A stretch of 64,000 nt of DNA from Octopus sinensis (taxonomy: Eukaryota): contig NC_042999.1 of assembly GCF_006345805.1 (NCBI RefSeq), forward strand, positions 46,872,001-46,936,000. Direction: 5' to 3'. The notes under the pieces were generated by a model, which ran no database searches, was not told the origin of the DNA, and saw nothing but the letters and a program-made list of their open reading frames with translations. Shown one piece after another: positions 35,920-49,384 of this stretch. A program made the translations under genes and the position numbers. Every line of letters starts with the position of its first letter. The stretch's first letter is position 1.

Positions 35920-38666
35920 ATTATGAATGGAAATGAAATCCATACATTCAAGTATAAATATAACTATACAAACTCTAACACAATACACACAAATACACAC
36001 ACATATATACACACACCCACAAACATAACCATATACACACTCACACATACATATACATACGTACAAGTCCCGATACAAACAAACTTTAATAAAACGACCA
36101 TAAAAAACGAAAACTCATATATATTAATATATATATAAAAGAGTGTGTACACGCAGACGGGTGCAATCACACGCACATACAAAACTTACATATATACAAG
36201 TGCATAAATAATCACACCCAATTACATAGCACTCATACACTCCCACATCTACACTTACACTTGTACACTCTCACACATACATACACACCCATACCTACAT
36301 ACAAAAATTCTTATTAAAATAATCATGATAAATAAAATCCATACATACAAGTATAAATATAAAGATACAACCCATTACACAATACACATAAATACACACA
36401 CATATATACACACACCCACAAACATAACCATATACACACTCACACATACAAATAATACGTACAAAACTCGATACAATCAAATACGCACACGCACACACAT
36501 TCACACATACATAAACATACAAAAGAAAACAACATCTCTACACATAATACGATATATAAAATACTCCATAAGAAATCAGATTATCATAAGTAACAAGATT
36601 AACAAAGGAGAAAAATATACATACCTTCTAATCAGTATCAAATTTTGAAGTGAATAACTTTATCCGTTATTACAATAACCAAAAATTGCGTTACCATGGA
36701 ACCGAACATATAAAAATTATTAGCGCCGCGTAAAACAGCGTCTTTAAAATTATGAATGGAATATAAAATTCTTAGCACGTAGTAAACAAACGTAAATTAA
36801 AAAATTATGAATGGATATACAAAACTTTCTACAAATTCTTTAAAAAAACCATAAAAAACGAAAACTCATATAGATATTAATATATATATATAAAAAATGA
36901 GTGTGTACACGCAGACGGGTGCAATCACACGGACATTCAAAACTTGCATGTATACAAGTACATAAATAATCACACTCAATTACATAGCACTCATACACTA
37001 CCGCATCTATACTTACACTTGTACACACGCACACATACATACACACCCATACCTTCATGCAAAATACTTATTAAACTAATCATGATAATGAAGTCTATAC
37101 ATACAAATATAAAGATAAAGATAAAACCCCATTCATACACAATACACACAAATACACACACATATATACACACACCACAAACATAACCATATACACACTC
37201 ACACATACATATACATACGTACAAACTCGATATATACATTAATATTCATTCACACACTCAATAAAATATTAAGTAAATACAAAACAAAGAAATACCAATT
37301 AAATACTAACTATAATTAAAGTCTAAACTATATAACTAAAAATATATATATATGGTACTCTAAACTAAAAACAAATTAATCTACAGTAACCTTTAATAGG
37401 GGGCTATTAATTTTATTAATTTATATATCATTTATGAATGAAATCCATACATACAAGTATAAATATAAATATACAACCCCTAACACAATACACACAAATA
37501 CACACACATATATACACATCCCCACAAACATAACCATATACACACTCACACATACATATACATACGTACAAATCTCGATACAAACAAACTTTAATAAAAC
37601 GACCATGATAAACGAAAACTCATATATATATATTAAAGTATATATAAAAGAGTGTGTACACGCAGACGGGTGCAATCACACGCACATTCAAAACTTACAT
37701 GTATACAAGTGCATAAATAATCACACCCAATTACATAGCACTCATACACTCCCACATCTACACTTACACTTGTACATATACACCCATACATATACACCCA
37801 TACCTACATACAAAAATTCTTATTAAAATAATCATGATAAATAAAATCCATACATACAAGTATAAATATAAAGATACAACCCATTACACAATACACACAA
37901 ATACACACACATATATACACACACCCTCAAACATAACCATATACTCACTCACACATACAAATACATACGTACAAAACTCGATACAAGCAACAACGCACAC
38001 GCACACACATTCACACATACATAAACATACAAAAGAAAAACAACATTTCTACACATAATATGAATGGAATATACAAAACTTTCTACAATTCTTTAAAAAA
38101 ATCATAAAAAACTAAAACTCAAATAGATATTAATATATATATATATATAAAAATGAGTGTGTACACGCAGACGGGTGCAATCACACAGACATTCAAAACT
38201 TGCATGTATACAATTGCATAAATAATTATACTCAATTACATAGCACTGATACACTACCGCATCTATACTTACACTTGTACACACGCACACCTACATACAC
38301 ACCCATACCTTCATGCAAAATACTTATTAAACTAATCATGATAATGAAGTCCATACATACAAATAAAAAGATAAAGATAAAACCCCTTTCATACACAATA
38401 CACACAAATACACACACATATATACACACACCCACAAACATAACCAAATACACACTCACACATACATATACTTACGTACAAACTCGATATATACACTATT
38501 ATTCATTCCCACACTCAATAAAATATTAATTAAATACAAAACAAAGAAATACCAATTAAATGCTAACTATAATTAAAGCCTAAACTATAAAACTAGAATA
38601 TATACTTGGTACTCTAAACTAAAAACAAATTAACCTAAAATAACCTATAATAGGGGGCTATTAATT
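35920..38666. repeat. Higher-order tandem array (two ~1.2-1.5-kb units built from CA-rich modules P x6 and Q x4)
   Basis: Module Q marker acgcagacgggtgcaatcacac at ~36151, ~36908, ~37659 and ~38163. Module P (aatacacacacatatatacacac...aaacataacca...) at ~35940, 36340, 37095, 37441, 37845 and 38345. taatagggggctattaatttt ends both units (~37395 and ~38648). Confidence 0.9.
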
Positions 38667-39514
38667 TTATTTATCATGGAACCTATCATATAGGTAAAGT
38701 AATCTATGTCTACATTTTATTTTGCGCTCTTCACCTATATTAAGTAAATTATCATACTTATAAAATAAAATTTCTTTAAACTCATTAGAGCATAAATAAC
38801 AACAATTCGCTCCTATAGTATATGATTTAGTTTTACAAATTATTTCCCAATTTAAACTATAATTAATATTTTGTGATTTAATTCTCCAAATGTACTTACT
38901 AAGTCCAGTGGAGTTTATTAAGTTTTTATTTTTAAAAGAATTCATATGTTGTGCGATTCTTAATTTTATTTTAGAGGAAGTAGACCCTATATAAACCGCT
39001 TTTGGGTAATTATTCTTCTTAAAGTTATTATCATGTAATGTAACTATACATTTATACACTTATTTAATTTACATTTAGATTTATCTCTACAAGTACAATT
39101 AATATATGTCTTATCCTTATTATTATTATCAAATAATTTATTTTTATAAAAATTATTCAGTTTAAATTTATTAAATGAAGAAATAATGTTACCTACATTA
39201 TTAGTAGTGGAATAACCTACTCCAAAATTATCAGTAGAGAAAATATTTTTATATTTACGATTATCTCTAATAAATAGTTCTATAATATCTAAAATCTCTT
39301 TGGTAATATTCGTTTTTACTTGATCACCATAAGGAACTATTAACCAAATTTTATTCTTATTCACCTTATTATAATTGTCAGTATTATAATTATTAAATTT
39401 AGAATTCTTCATATTATTAAAATTATTATCAGAATTATATTTATATACAGCATTTAAGGAATTATTAATGTTATTAATTTTATCCATATTATTATTATTA
39501 TTATTATTATTCAA
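38667..39514 (-). CDS. Penelope-type linker plus GIY-YIG endonuclease, split by one frameshift at ~39044-39059; no reverse transcriptase
   Basis: KIWLIVPYGDQVKTNITKEIL...GVGYSTTNNVGNIISSFNK...CTCRDKSKCKL, then VYKCIV...VYIGSTSSKIKLRIAQHMNSFKN...NSTGLSKYIW...NWEII...CYLCSNE...LLN...CRH. These are the diagnostic PLE thumb/linker, Zn and GIY-YIG motifs. Confidence 0.85.
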
Positions 39515-39553
39515 TTTATTTTTATTTTTATTTTATTATTATTATTTTTATTA

Positions 39554-39599
<46 letters not shown>

Positions 39600-39757
39600 T
39601 TTATTTTTATTTTATTTTATTATTTTTATTTTTATTTTTATTTATATTTTTAATTTTATAATTTCTAATATTTATACCACTAATACCGATATTAAAATTT
39701 TATGTATTGATTAAGTCTTTCCTTGTTTGGTTTTAAAATAGTGCTTTTGTCTCGAAT

Positions 39758-39790
<33 letters not shown>

Positions 39791-40039
39791 AGCTTCACTA
39801 AATGCACATGTGATAGCAAATGTAACCATACGCAATGTAGCCAGGATATAGAAATTCGAATATTTTACGGCAGATCACTTGTTTTAACAATCCACCGACT
39901 ATACATGTACATCAACACGTATGCAGCCGCACACGAATGCACACACGCGTGTATAGAACTCCGAATGTATAGGCAGACGAAATTACTCTAAGCATTTTGC
40001 CCGGCATGCTATAGCTTCTGCCAGTTATTGACAGTAAAT

Positions 40040-40262
40040 ATTGAATTCAAATTTTGTCCCAAGGCCAGCTGTTTTGGGGATTGGGTTAAGTCCATCACAT
40101 CGAATAAGTATCAGTGTTGAACTGGTACTGATTTTATCGGCCTTGAAAGAACGAACTGCAATGGCGACCGCGGCAGGATTTGAACTCAGAACGTAACGAC
40201 GGACGAAATGCCGCTGCGCAACTCGCCTGGCGTGATAACGATTTTGCCTGCTCGCCGCTAAT
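40040..40262 (-). mobile_element. Diverged SINE family A copy (partial head of another at ~39965-40025)
   Basis: gcaggatttgaactcagaacgtaacgacggacgaaatg...ttttgcctgctcgccgc. Confidence 0.7.
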
Positions 40263-40639
40263 AGTAAATATTGCCGCCGTGGGTGATTCTGTCAGTTGCA
40301 TTTGCAGCATGTATATTGTTATTATTCGCAAACGAAGTCCATTATATTTATATCTCCACTTTTTATATACAGAACTGTTTCCTTTTTATCAGGTTATAGG
40401 TTTAATACTTTTAGAAAACATTTAAGCTTTTGTATCCATTAGGAGATTAAACTCTGAACTTAATTTCCCGTCGTTGTTCTATTGACCTTAGTAAGTTGTT
40501 AGTTTAGTGATTACATATATTTTTATTGATGTATCTGGGACAATTGCTAATTTGATAGAAACTAGATTTGAAAGTATTCACAGTTAATCCGATTTAAAAT
40601 TTCTTATGTATCCTTGATTTTTGCAGATGCAACTGTGCA

Positions 40640-41290
40640 GTACACTATACATTTGTATAATAAAATCTGATGAGAGAAGGTATTGGGTAATAGACTTGGA
40701 TATCAGGAGTGAGATAGAGATGGTGATACTGAATGTTTCTGGTGTTGACTTTGACTATTGGCTCTAGCAAGTTATGTTTAGTGATGTGCCATAGTTTGGT
40801 ATCGGTATAAGAATAACCCATGATATTCTGGCCATTGAAGTGATTTTCTACTAAAACCTACTGCAAGATTTCTGCGGACTGTGAGGTTGAATGGCAAGTG
40901 GTGTTAATATATGTGAGTATGTGTGTGATGCGTGTGTGTTGTGTGTGTATGTGTATGTAGATATGTCTGTGTGGTGTGTGCATGTGTGTATGTGTATGTG
41001 ATGTGTGTTTTGTCTATTATGTCGATATCCTTAACTACTCTCTACACTACATTTGTATAATAGAATATCATGAGAGGAATAAGGCAGAGGTGGTGATACC
41101 GAGAGTTTCTGGTGTGCATTATGACATTTGGCTCCGGCAAGTTAGTTTTAGAGATGTGTCTTAGTTTGGCATCGGTGCAAAAATAACCTTTGGTATTCTG
41201 GTTGCTGAACTGATTTTCTACTAAAAAATACAGCAAGATTTCCGCGGGCACTGAAATTGAATCGCAAGAGGTGTTAATGTATGTGTGTGT
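40640..41290. repeat. Diverged tandem duplication, each unit ending in (GT)n
   Basis: 40717-40908 aligns without gaps to 41087-41278 (192 bp, about 40 substitutions by manual count). Confidence 0.85.
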
Positions 41291-41744
41291 GTGTGTGAAT
41301 TACGCCAATATCCTTATATCCAAAAATTGTTAGGTTGGAATGTTTGTGCGCTTACAGGTCTGAGAAGAAATCAAATTATTCTCAGACTGAACGTTTCCAG
41401 GATATAAGTAGTATATACATAACTTTACATTACTTGATATTAAAATCTATACACATGTATTCTTGAAAATATATGCAGAAATCTATGATGTAATTATTGT
41501 TAGAAATGTAGTGATTGTAATGCCTGAAGGCTGTGTCCATATATGTTTAAGTTCACGTATATGTGCTTATTTTCTTTCTCCCTCAATTTTATCAATTTAT
41601 GGTGGACCAGAATTGAAAGAATAATTATTGGAGGTTGCATCATAAGAAGATGTGGGAAAAGAAGTAGAAGAAGAGGGTAGAGTGGATGAGTAGGAAGGGA
41701 TGAAAAAGTTGTAGTGAGTGTTAAAACTATAATAATAGTTTTGG

Positions 41745-41874
41745 AAGAAGAAGAAGAAGAAGAAGAAGAAGAAGAAGAAGAAGAAGAAGAAGAAGAAGAA
41801 GAAGAAGAAGAAAAAGCTGACAAAGAGTCTGAGGAGTTAGTAAGAAGGAGATGGAGAAAAGGAGTAGAAATAGA

Positions 41875-41905
<31 letters not shown>

Positions 41906-41997
41906 TAATAATAATAATAATAATAATATAATAATAATAATAATAATAACAACAGATAACAACAAGAAAGAGGGGGAAGGGACAGATATATATACTC

Positions 41998-42034
<37 letters not shown>

Positions 42035-42090
42035 AAGGAAGAGAGAGACCAGGAGACGAAAAATGAGGAAGTCGTGAATAGATCTTACTG

Positions 42091-42141
<51 letters not shown>

Positions 42142-42200
42142 CATTAGCAGTGGTAGTAGTAGCAGCTGCAGTAACACTAGAAGTAGTATTTGTTGTTGTT
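41745..42200. repeat. Compound triplet microsatellites (GAA)n,(CTA)n,(TAA)n,(GTA)n,(ATT)n
   Basis: Direct reading. Confidence 0.95.
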
Positions 42201-42801
42201 GTTGTCGTTTACGTACACAAAGAGGAAGGAGAAGACGAAGAAGTAGAAAGCAAAGGAAGAAGAAGTGATTATTCGCTCTTCCCCTTTTAGTGTATAGTGG
42301 CGAGCTGGTTGTTTTAAGTGGTCAAGTATTTAACAGAACTAATGAGACAATCATCTAGATCGGGAATAATAAGCTGACCGACATTCTTTAGTTCCAAGAA
42401 CCAATCAAAGGATTTCTGAATGTGTATGCGGAAGAGGACATTCTTTGAAAATTCTAATGTAACACGATTTTAATTGAACATAGCACGTAAGGTGAAACCA
42501 ATAACGAGAGAGAAGAAGAATGCGAGCGATGGGGAAAAGATGGAGATAAATCGAAAGAATGTATGTGAGGTATTGGATTAAGGTTTCGTATTCAGCCTTT
42601 ATAATCAATAATATTACAGCAGGTGCAACCTCATACAACGTTCGTATAAGCGATACCAACGTTGAATCTTATTGGCAAACAATGCACGTGCTAGAAATAT
42701 CACCTAAACTCCCGCTTCAAATCCCACGGTGCTTTCCTAATAGATGTGTTGCTTCTATGATGCTGTTATGTATATACTATCTAAGAGAGAGAGGGAGAGG
42801 G

Positions 42802-42873
<72 letters not shown>

Positions 42874-45028
42874 GAGATGGGGTGAAGGAGAGCGAAGAAT
42901 TAGGAGGATAGAGTGAAAAAGCATGGTCAGTTACTGCTGCTATATTTTTCATCATACGTTTACTCGATAATGATCAGATAGCAAATATAATACTGTAGCT
43001 AATGCTATGTATTAAATATATTTGTTAACACATCAATCACTGTTGCCAATTTGGACTACAATCATTGATGGTATTTGTTCTTGAGCCATCGCTCTCATCA
43101 TAGACAAATATATCTTAGGTTCGAAATTTCGCATTACTGATTGAATAATCCGTACGGTGTGAATCTCGCCTTTTATTTGTATTGTCACAGTTGGTCATCT
43201 TCAATTCATCCACTGATTTACTAGTTTAGTGGGTGAGTAGTTCATTTCAGTAATAAATCACTTCAGTCGTCCCATTGGGTTTATAAAATCACAACACTCT
43301 TTAGCTGATCTCATCAAGAATAAAACATTTACATATCTTGTTCCCTGCGATCTGTAGCACCTGTAAATACGAGTTTAAACCGCTAGAAATACATAATTGT
43401 TTAATTTGAATTGGAACTGAATTCAGAAGAGTAACCAGTTTTATTTTAATCAGGAGCAGATCACCAAGAAAGTCCTCCCCCAAAAAAGTTTCCAACCACG
43501 GTTTTTCTCCACATTCACCCATCCACTAGTTCTGGTGGACGTGAACAAGAGCACTGCATAGAATGACATTCTTTAGCATTAATTTATCCTTAAAAGTTTA
43601 GTAAACTGGTGACCTGACAGAATCTGTAGCACGCATTTCGTCCGTCTTAACTATCTGAGTGTAAATTCTGCCGAGGTTGATTTACCTTCCATCCCTTCAA
43701 CAACGATAAAACAAGTACAAATTGAGCTCTGGGGGTCGGTGTAATAGATTTATCCCAGCCATCAACATTGCTGGCCTTGCACCAAAATTTGAAAGCAATA
43801 TTAGTAAAGGTGAAACTTCTTTGCCGTCTGTACAAGAGACTGGAACAAAAATATAGTGGTAAGTTTCATCTAAAGCTTATTTTTGTTTATAGTTACCGCT
43901 TTCACTGTAGAGATCTTAGATGGTACGCCAAATGTTAACAGAACGTCAGTACTCACTCTTTATCCTAGTAAATTTGTTTCGCTTCCAGCGGGGGTATAGC
44001 ATATATATGAAAACTCAAGTATTTGTCATCATAATAATCAGAGGCATTGAATCCATGCTCATAATTTTTTATGCCTTTGTAATATTTCTTCGTGAAACTA
44101 ACATTAAAAAGGTTCCAGCAAAGCATATGCATCTTCTCTAAGCGGAATTCTGGTTTAAGCACCCCGTGTACCCCCTCATAATTTTTTTTCATTTTGGAAT
44201 TTTCAGAATTTTTTTTAGAATTTGTGTTCTATACAGGGGAATAAATACGATTATGGCAAACGAAAAATATTCTTTTGCGTGTGTGATTTAAGGGCTATTT
44301 AGCTGTTGTTTTTAGCACATCCCATGATCACCTGATATCGTCCTCGTTTCTTGTCAAGTGTGACATGTACTGATGTTTTTCGATGTTTTTCTTCCCATAA
44401 AAACATTTAAGGGGATGAGGATACACCTAACAGTAGTCCGTTCATGGTATTTAAACAAAGAAAATGGAAAGAGAGTGCAAATTTTAGAATGTATGGGGGC
44501 GGATTTAAGAATTTATAAAAACAACATTTTTCATAATCATACAGATTCTCGTGTGTAGAAAGCACATTGGCAAAAATTTACTGTAAAATGGCAAAAAATA
44601 AAAAAAAAAGTTATGTGGAGTTATAAGGAGTGGTTCAGTCAGACTCCCGTTCTTCTGTGAAATTCTTGCCTTGCACATTATCATCGCCCTTCAAATTTTA
44701 TTTCGTTTATTGCATTATGATTTTCAGAGGCTTCTCCAGTATGTTCACATCCATGTTTTTCTAGTCCATTGTTATCTTTGACAAAACCCCTGCTTCTACA
44801 TTCACCGATGAATGTGCTTAGTTGCTGGGCTACTCAGCTAACGACACATCGTCCACATTAAGTGGAAGATATTCATTTCTACAAATCTTGAAAGTGTCAT
44901 CATTTTTATTAATTCATCCGATACCAAACAAAGCAAAGTATATGAAATTATCATTGCTATTAATCATTTGTGTAACACTGGAGTATATTTATTACATACA
45001 TACTGGTGATCGTATTCATATAACGACA

Positions 45029-45093
<65 letters not shown>

Positions 45094-45537
45094 ACTTGTG
45101 AGTGTGTGACTGTTATCTTTTCTAAGCTGATTTAGTGCATAAACGTTTTCTCTTATTGGCTCTAAGAACACATGGTTTCTGTTGTGTGGTTCTAGGTCAG
45201 TGTCGGAATCGATTGAGACGCTGGAAATCACGTTTGTAAACGAATAGCAAAAAGAATGTCGTTCAATGTAACCATTATTTTAATCGACGGTGGATGATTT
45301 ATGAATGACTTAGTTGCTATTTTGAACAGCTCGCTGGACCACGTGTGAGATGAATGATAACAAAATGATCTGGCAATTAGTAAACTAAACACAGACGCAC
45401 GTACACAGACACACACGCACACACACACACACACACATTCATTCACTCTCTCTTTCTCTTTCTTCTCTCTCTTCCCCCCCCTGTCTCTCTCACATTCTCA
45501 TCTTTTCTTACTCTGATCAGAATTTCTCTTTTTTTAG

Positions 45538-45919
45538 GTTGTATGGTAATTACTGCAGTGAAGTAATTGATAATGTTGTGAGTTTTGACTTATGTAGGGA
45601 GGGCCATAAAAGAGAGCTATATGCATATAAAAACACATACATCATGATAAGAGACAACGGATTTGTGCACATTTTCCGTTATCTATATTTCAATGAAAAC
45701 GATCCAAGACTATTATTAGTAAATATTTACAAAGGCTCTGACCGTTGTGATTGCAAAGCAATTATCTTAAATATGCAGCAATGCCGGCATCATGTCCTAA
45801 GAAATTGCCATGATAAATGTATCTGGCAAGATTCTCCGCTAATCCTTATTATTGTGATTTCTGACCACTGTACATTCCCTAAGTTATATTTACTTACGCT
45901 AAAAAGAATTGTAATATAA
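45538..45919 (+). CDS. Candidate coding exon of unknown product
   Basis: Strong acceptor atttctctttttttag|G at 45537, then a 126-codon stop-free, non-repetitive, Cys-containing frame (LYGNYCSEVIDNVVSFDLCREGH...). No family recognised. Confidence 0.3.
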
Positions 45920-48900
45920 CTTAGAATAAAATATTGGTTTCAAACGCAAAAAGACGGAGAAAGTGCCGATAAGCATTTTGTCAGACGTACTAAGAATTCT
46001 GCCAATTCACCGCCTTAATTTCAATTAGAATATTGACATTATTATTCTACAAAAGAAAGGTGGCAAGATGGCGTATCTGTAAACACGCCACATAAAATCC
46101 TTACGTCATTGCGTCCCATTTTGTTTTCAGCTCAAACCTCGCCGGGGTTGACATTGCTTTTCGGTGTCGAGAAATATATTATGTTTGAAAACTTAGACTT
46201 AGTGTTAGGTCTTCCTGCGCTGTGTGGTGCATTGGGGAGCAAGGCTTCGCCAACGAAGTCATCAAGGTTGAAAACTAGGGCGATATAATCCTTCAGCTCT
46301 TCCAAGAAATTTCAGGCCTTGTGCCCATAGTTGAAAGAATTGTGTAGAAAAGGAAACAAATATATTAACTTTTATGCACTCATTTGATATATTGTCGCGG
46401 GTATTTTAATGCTATATTTTAAGTTTCCTTTGATAACTTACAGCTGGATTTTGAAGTCAATGGGGGAGTCTCCATGCGGTCTCATACCCAGCATAAAATA
46501 GCAGGCAAATCTTCCTAAAATCGTACAACTCTATTTTAACAGAATGAAGTACGCAGTAGATAATATATTCCTAAATTTTATTAAAAGGCCTATTAATATC
46601 TTTGATGATAGGTGTACATATCGAAGTCTTCCGCTCCTTAAGTCTGGGACTAAATACAACGGAAATTGTGAATTAAATTCCATCTCGTTCATCGTACACC
46701 AACAAATCATTCCTTTTATTTGTATGTCCATTCTGTAGCAACATCATTGGTTTCATTTAAGATTAATGAGTTGATTCATCAGTATTCTACAGTAAAAGAT
46801 ATTTCGTGAATCAGATGACGCGTCTATTTAGTTTGCTAAACACAAATACACACAATATATACACACATACTCACACACGTGTGAGTATGTGTGTGTGTAT
46901 TCGTGTAAATATATCTTTATACTATGTCTGTATAAAAAGTGATTATTAGCACAAGAGTGAATTAAACACATACATATAACATGCATACATTTACAGAGAA
47001 AATTACATACATGTGTGTATACGCACACATATTGACAGGTATGTAGTTACCATTCACACACAAACGCATACACTCACGCACACGCACACACGCATACGCA
47101 TATGTACATAAACACATACATGTGTGTTTGTTTACAAAATACTTTGGAATATGTTAGATGGCTTAGCTGAAGATATCGTGACAGATTATCACTCATTGCA
47201 GCTTACCGTGACAACCATCTTACCATGACAAGTAGTCGTTTCTACAAAGATCTACTGTTTAGAAGACTTTCGCTTAGGAAACATCCTTTGGCCATTCATC
47301 TTCCATTACTTTTCGTTTCATTTCGCTTTCAATAGCAATGTGAGAAGTCATTACGGCTTTATTTATTATGTACTATTTGAAAAGATATAATTTAAAGAAG
47401 GCTAATTCAGTGTACGTTTTCCTCACGTCATCCAAAGAGACGTTGATAATGTTCCGTTCGTCGTTATATTCTGTTTCAGCAAAGCCGTATGAAAGAATAA
47501 ACTGGAAATATTAAAGAGGTAGATACACTATTCTGAATAATTTAAAACTTGTTTTCTGATCAATGTTTTTCAAAAGAATTGTTTATTTCTGTTTTATTAG
47601 GCAAATATTGAAAATCGTGATGATATATATTTAATCAAAATAAGCAACAGGATATCAAGAAGTGTTGCAGTACGAATGTTTCAAGCAGATCCATTGAATT
47701 GAGCAATGCTATCATTACATTAATCTAAATGTAGGACTATCATCAGTTGCACAAATAAATAGAATTTTAATCAGTTGGACACATTTAATATAATTTTTCT
47801 GAAATACTTTAATAAAGAAAGAAGATGGAAAACATCCATGTTGTCGCTATTGTAGCTAAGAATGGTCTACACTTCCAAGAAATGCATGAAGCTTACTGGG
47901 ATCATAGCTTGTAAAGGATTGTGGTTCATTTCTAATTTATTTGTATTTTTATCACCTACTAAATCTAAGACTAGAGGACTGTGTCTGTTTGGAATGAAGG
48001 GCAAGAATGAGTTGACAGCTCATGGCTAGGTATGGTCATAAATATTGTCAAGATATTAGGAATAGTATATAAATAACTGTCTATAAAGAAGGCTGGGTAG
48101 GGGAAGACTCTAAATCATGACGTTATCTACCAGTTAAGGAAGAAAGATGCTAACCTATGATGCTAATACAGAGGAAATTTTATCATGGGGTACTATGGAT
48201 AACTGTTTATAAACAATATCGTTATGTTTTATAAAGATAAAATTTAAGATTATCAAAAATTATATCATAAGCAAAGTAGGTAAAATCTATATATATATAT
48301 ATCAATTTTCAAAACAAAAAAAGAAAGGTTACACCGAATCAGTTTAATATTCATCCATGTACTTAATTATTTGCTTATTAGGTGGTTTCTATAAAGACTG
48401 CTCATGGCATTTACTTATGGAATAGTGGAAAGATAAACATGCTATCTATATATTAATTATAAGCCAAGAATCAGAATGAATACCGATGTGTACAGATACA
48501 CACACATATTTATCTATATGCACGCATGCACACATACAAAAATATTTATACGTTTATATGGATATAGTGTAACCATCTCCCATAGACCTATTTAGCTGGA
48601 AAATCTCTATTTAAGAACAGTAAGAACAGTAACTTATAAGGGATAAGAGACTAATAGGTAAGAATATCAAAGTAAGAAAAGAAAAATAAGAAGAATTTAT
48701 AGAAAGTGATAAGACATATATATAACCTACACACACACACACACATACACACAGATATATATGGTTGAAATGTACAGAAAATAAAAGACGAAGATAGGTG
48801 TAGGAACAACAAGCAAGTGTAGTAGTTTGACGCTCGGAAAAATTGGAAAAGTATTTTACGATTTGAACCTACGCTCTTCGACAAAAACGAATAAGAGGGG

Positions 48901-49384
48901 GAAATAGAGGGAGAGTGAAAAATCCGGAGAGAGAAAAATACAGTGTAGAGTTCAGCGGTCCAACATAGCGTATGACTTGAAAAAAGAAGAGGTTGAATGA
49001 ATGGAAGATAATAATCGTGATCCCAAAGAACTAAGATGCGCGAGCGTGTGTGTGTATGTGAAAATAATGCGTGTGAGTGTGTACGAGTGTATGTGTGAAT
49101 GAGCGTGAGTGAGTCTCACGTGTGTATGTGTACGCGCGTGTATGTAACGTGTGTGTGTGTATATGTGTGTGTGTATATATCTTAGGCATTGTGAGATTAT
49201 ATTCATGTGATTTAGAACTCGATATAGATATGCTTTAGAATGAAGCCTTACTCGAGTACAGAACGGTAATAAGTAAATGAGGTGACGAAGGAAAAAAAAA
49301 AGATTATCTTATGAACTTCATTAGCTTACAGCTGTTTCTGTTACAGGATGCACTGGACTCATATTTGGGTGCATGAGTAACACC

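Larger units (their letters stand above)
35102..39760 (-). mobile_element. RT-less Penelope-like element: Asn-rich leader plus GIY-YIG endonuclease, 3.3-kb repeat-expanded 3' region, HHR, 72-bp inverted terminal arm
   Basis: 39689-39760 is the reverse complement of 35191-35262 (one mismatch seen). GIY-YIG ORF at 38667-39514; HHR at 35278-35320; (TA)n on both flanks. Confidence 0.85.

Noticed and set aside
35191-39760. Reading the 72-bp inverted repeats as DNA-transposon TIRs
   Set aside because: The left arm is internal to the element (about 90 bp of 3' end lies outside it), and the cargo is a PLE GIY-YIG plus HHR; a PLE 5' inversion fits better.
40667-40673. CTGATGA followed by G in the duplicated unit; similar cores at ~4418 and ~52864
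   Set aside because: No stem II/GAAA/stem III arrangement follows, so these are not hammerheads.
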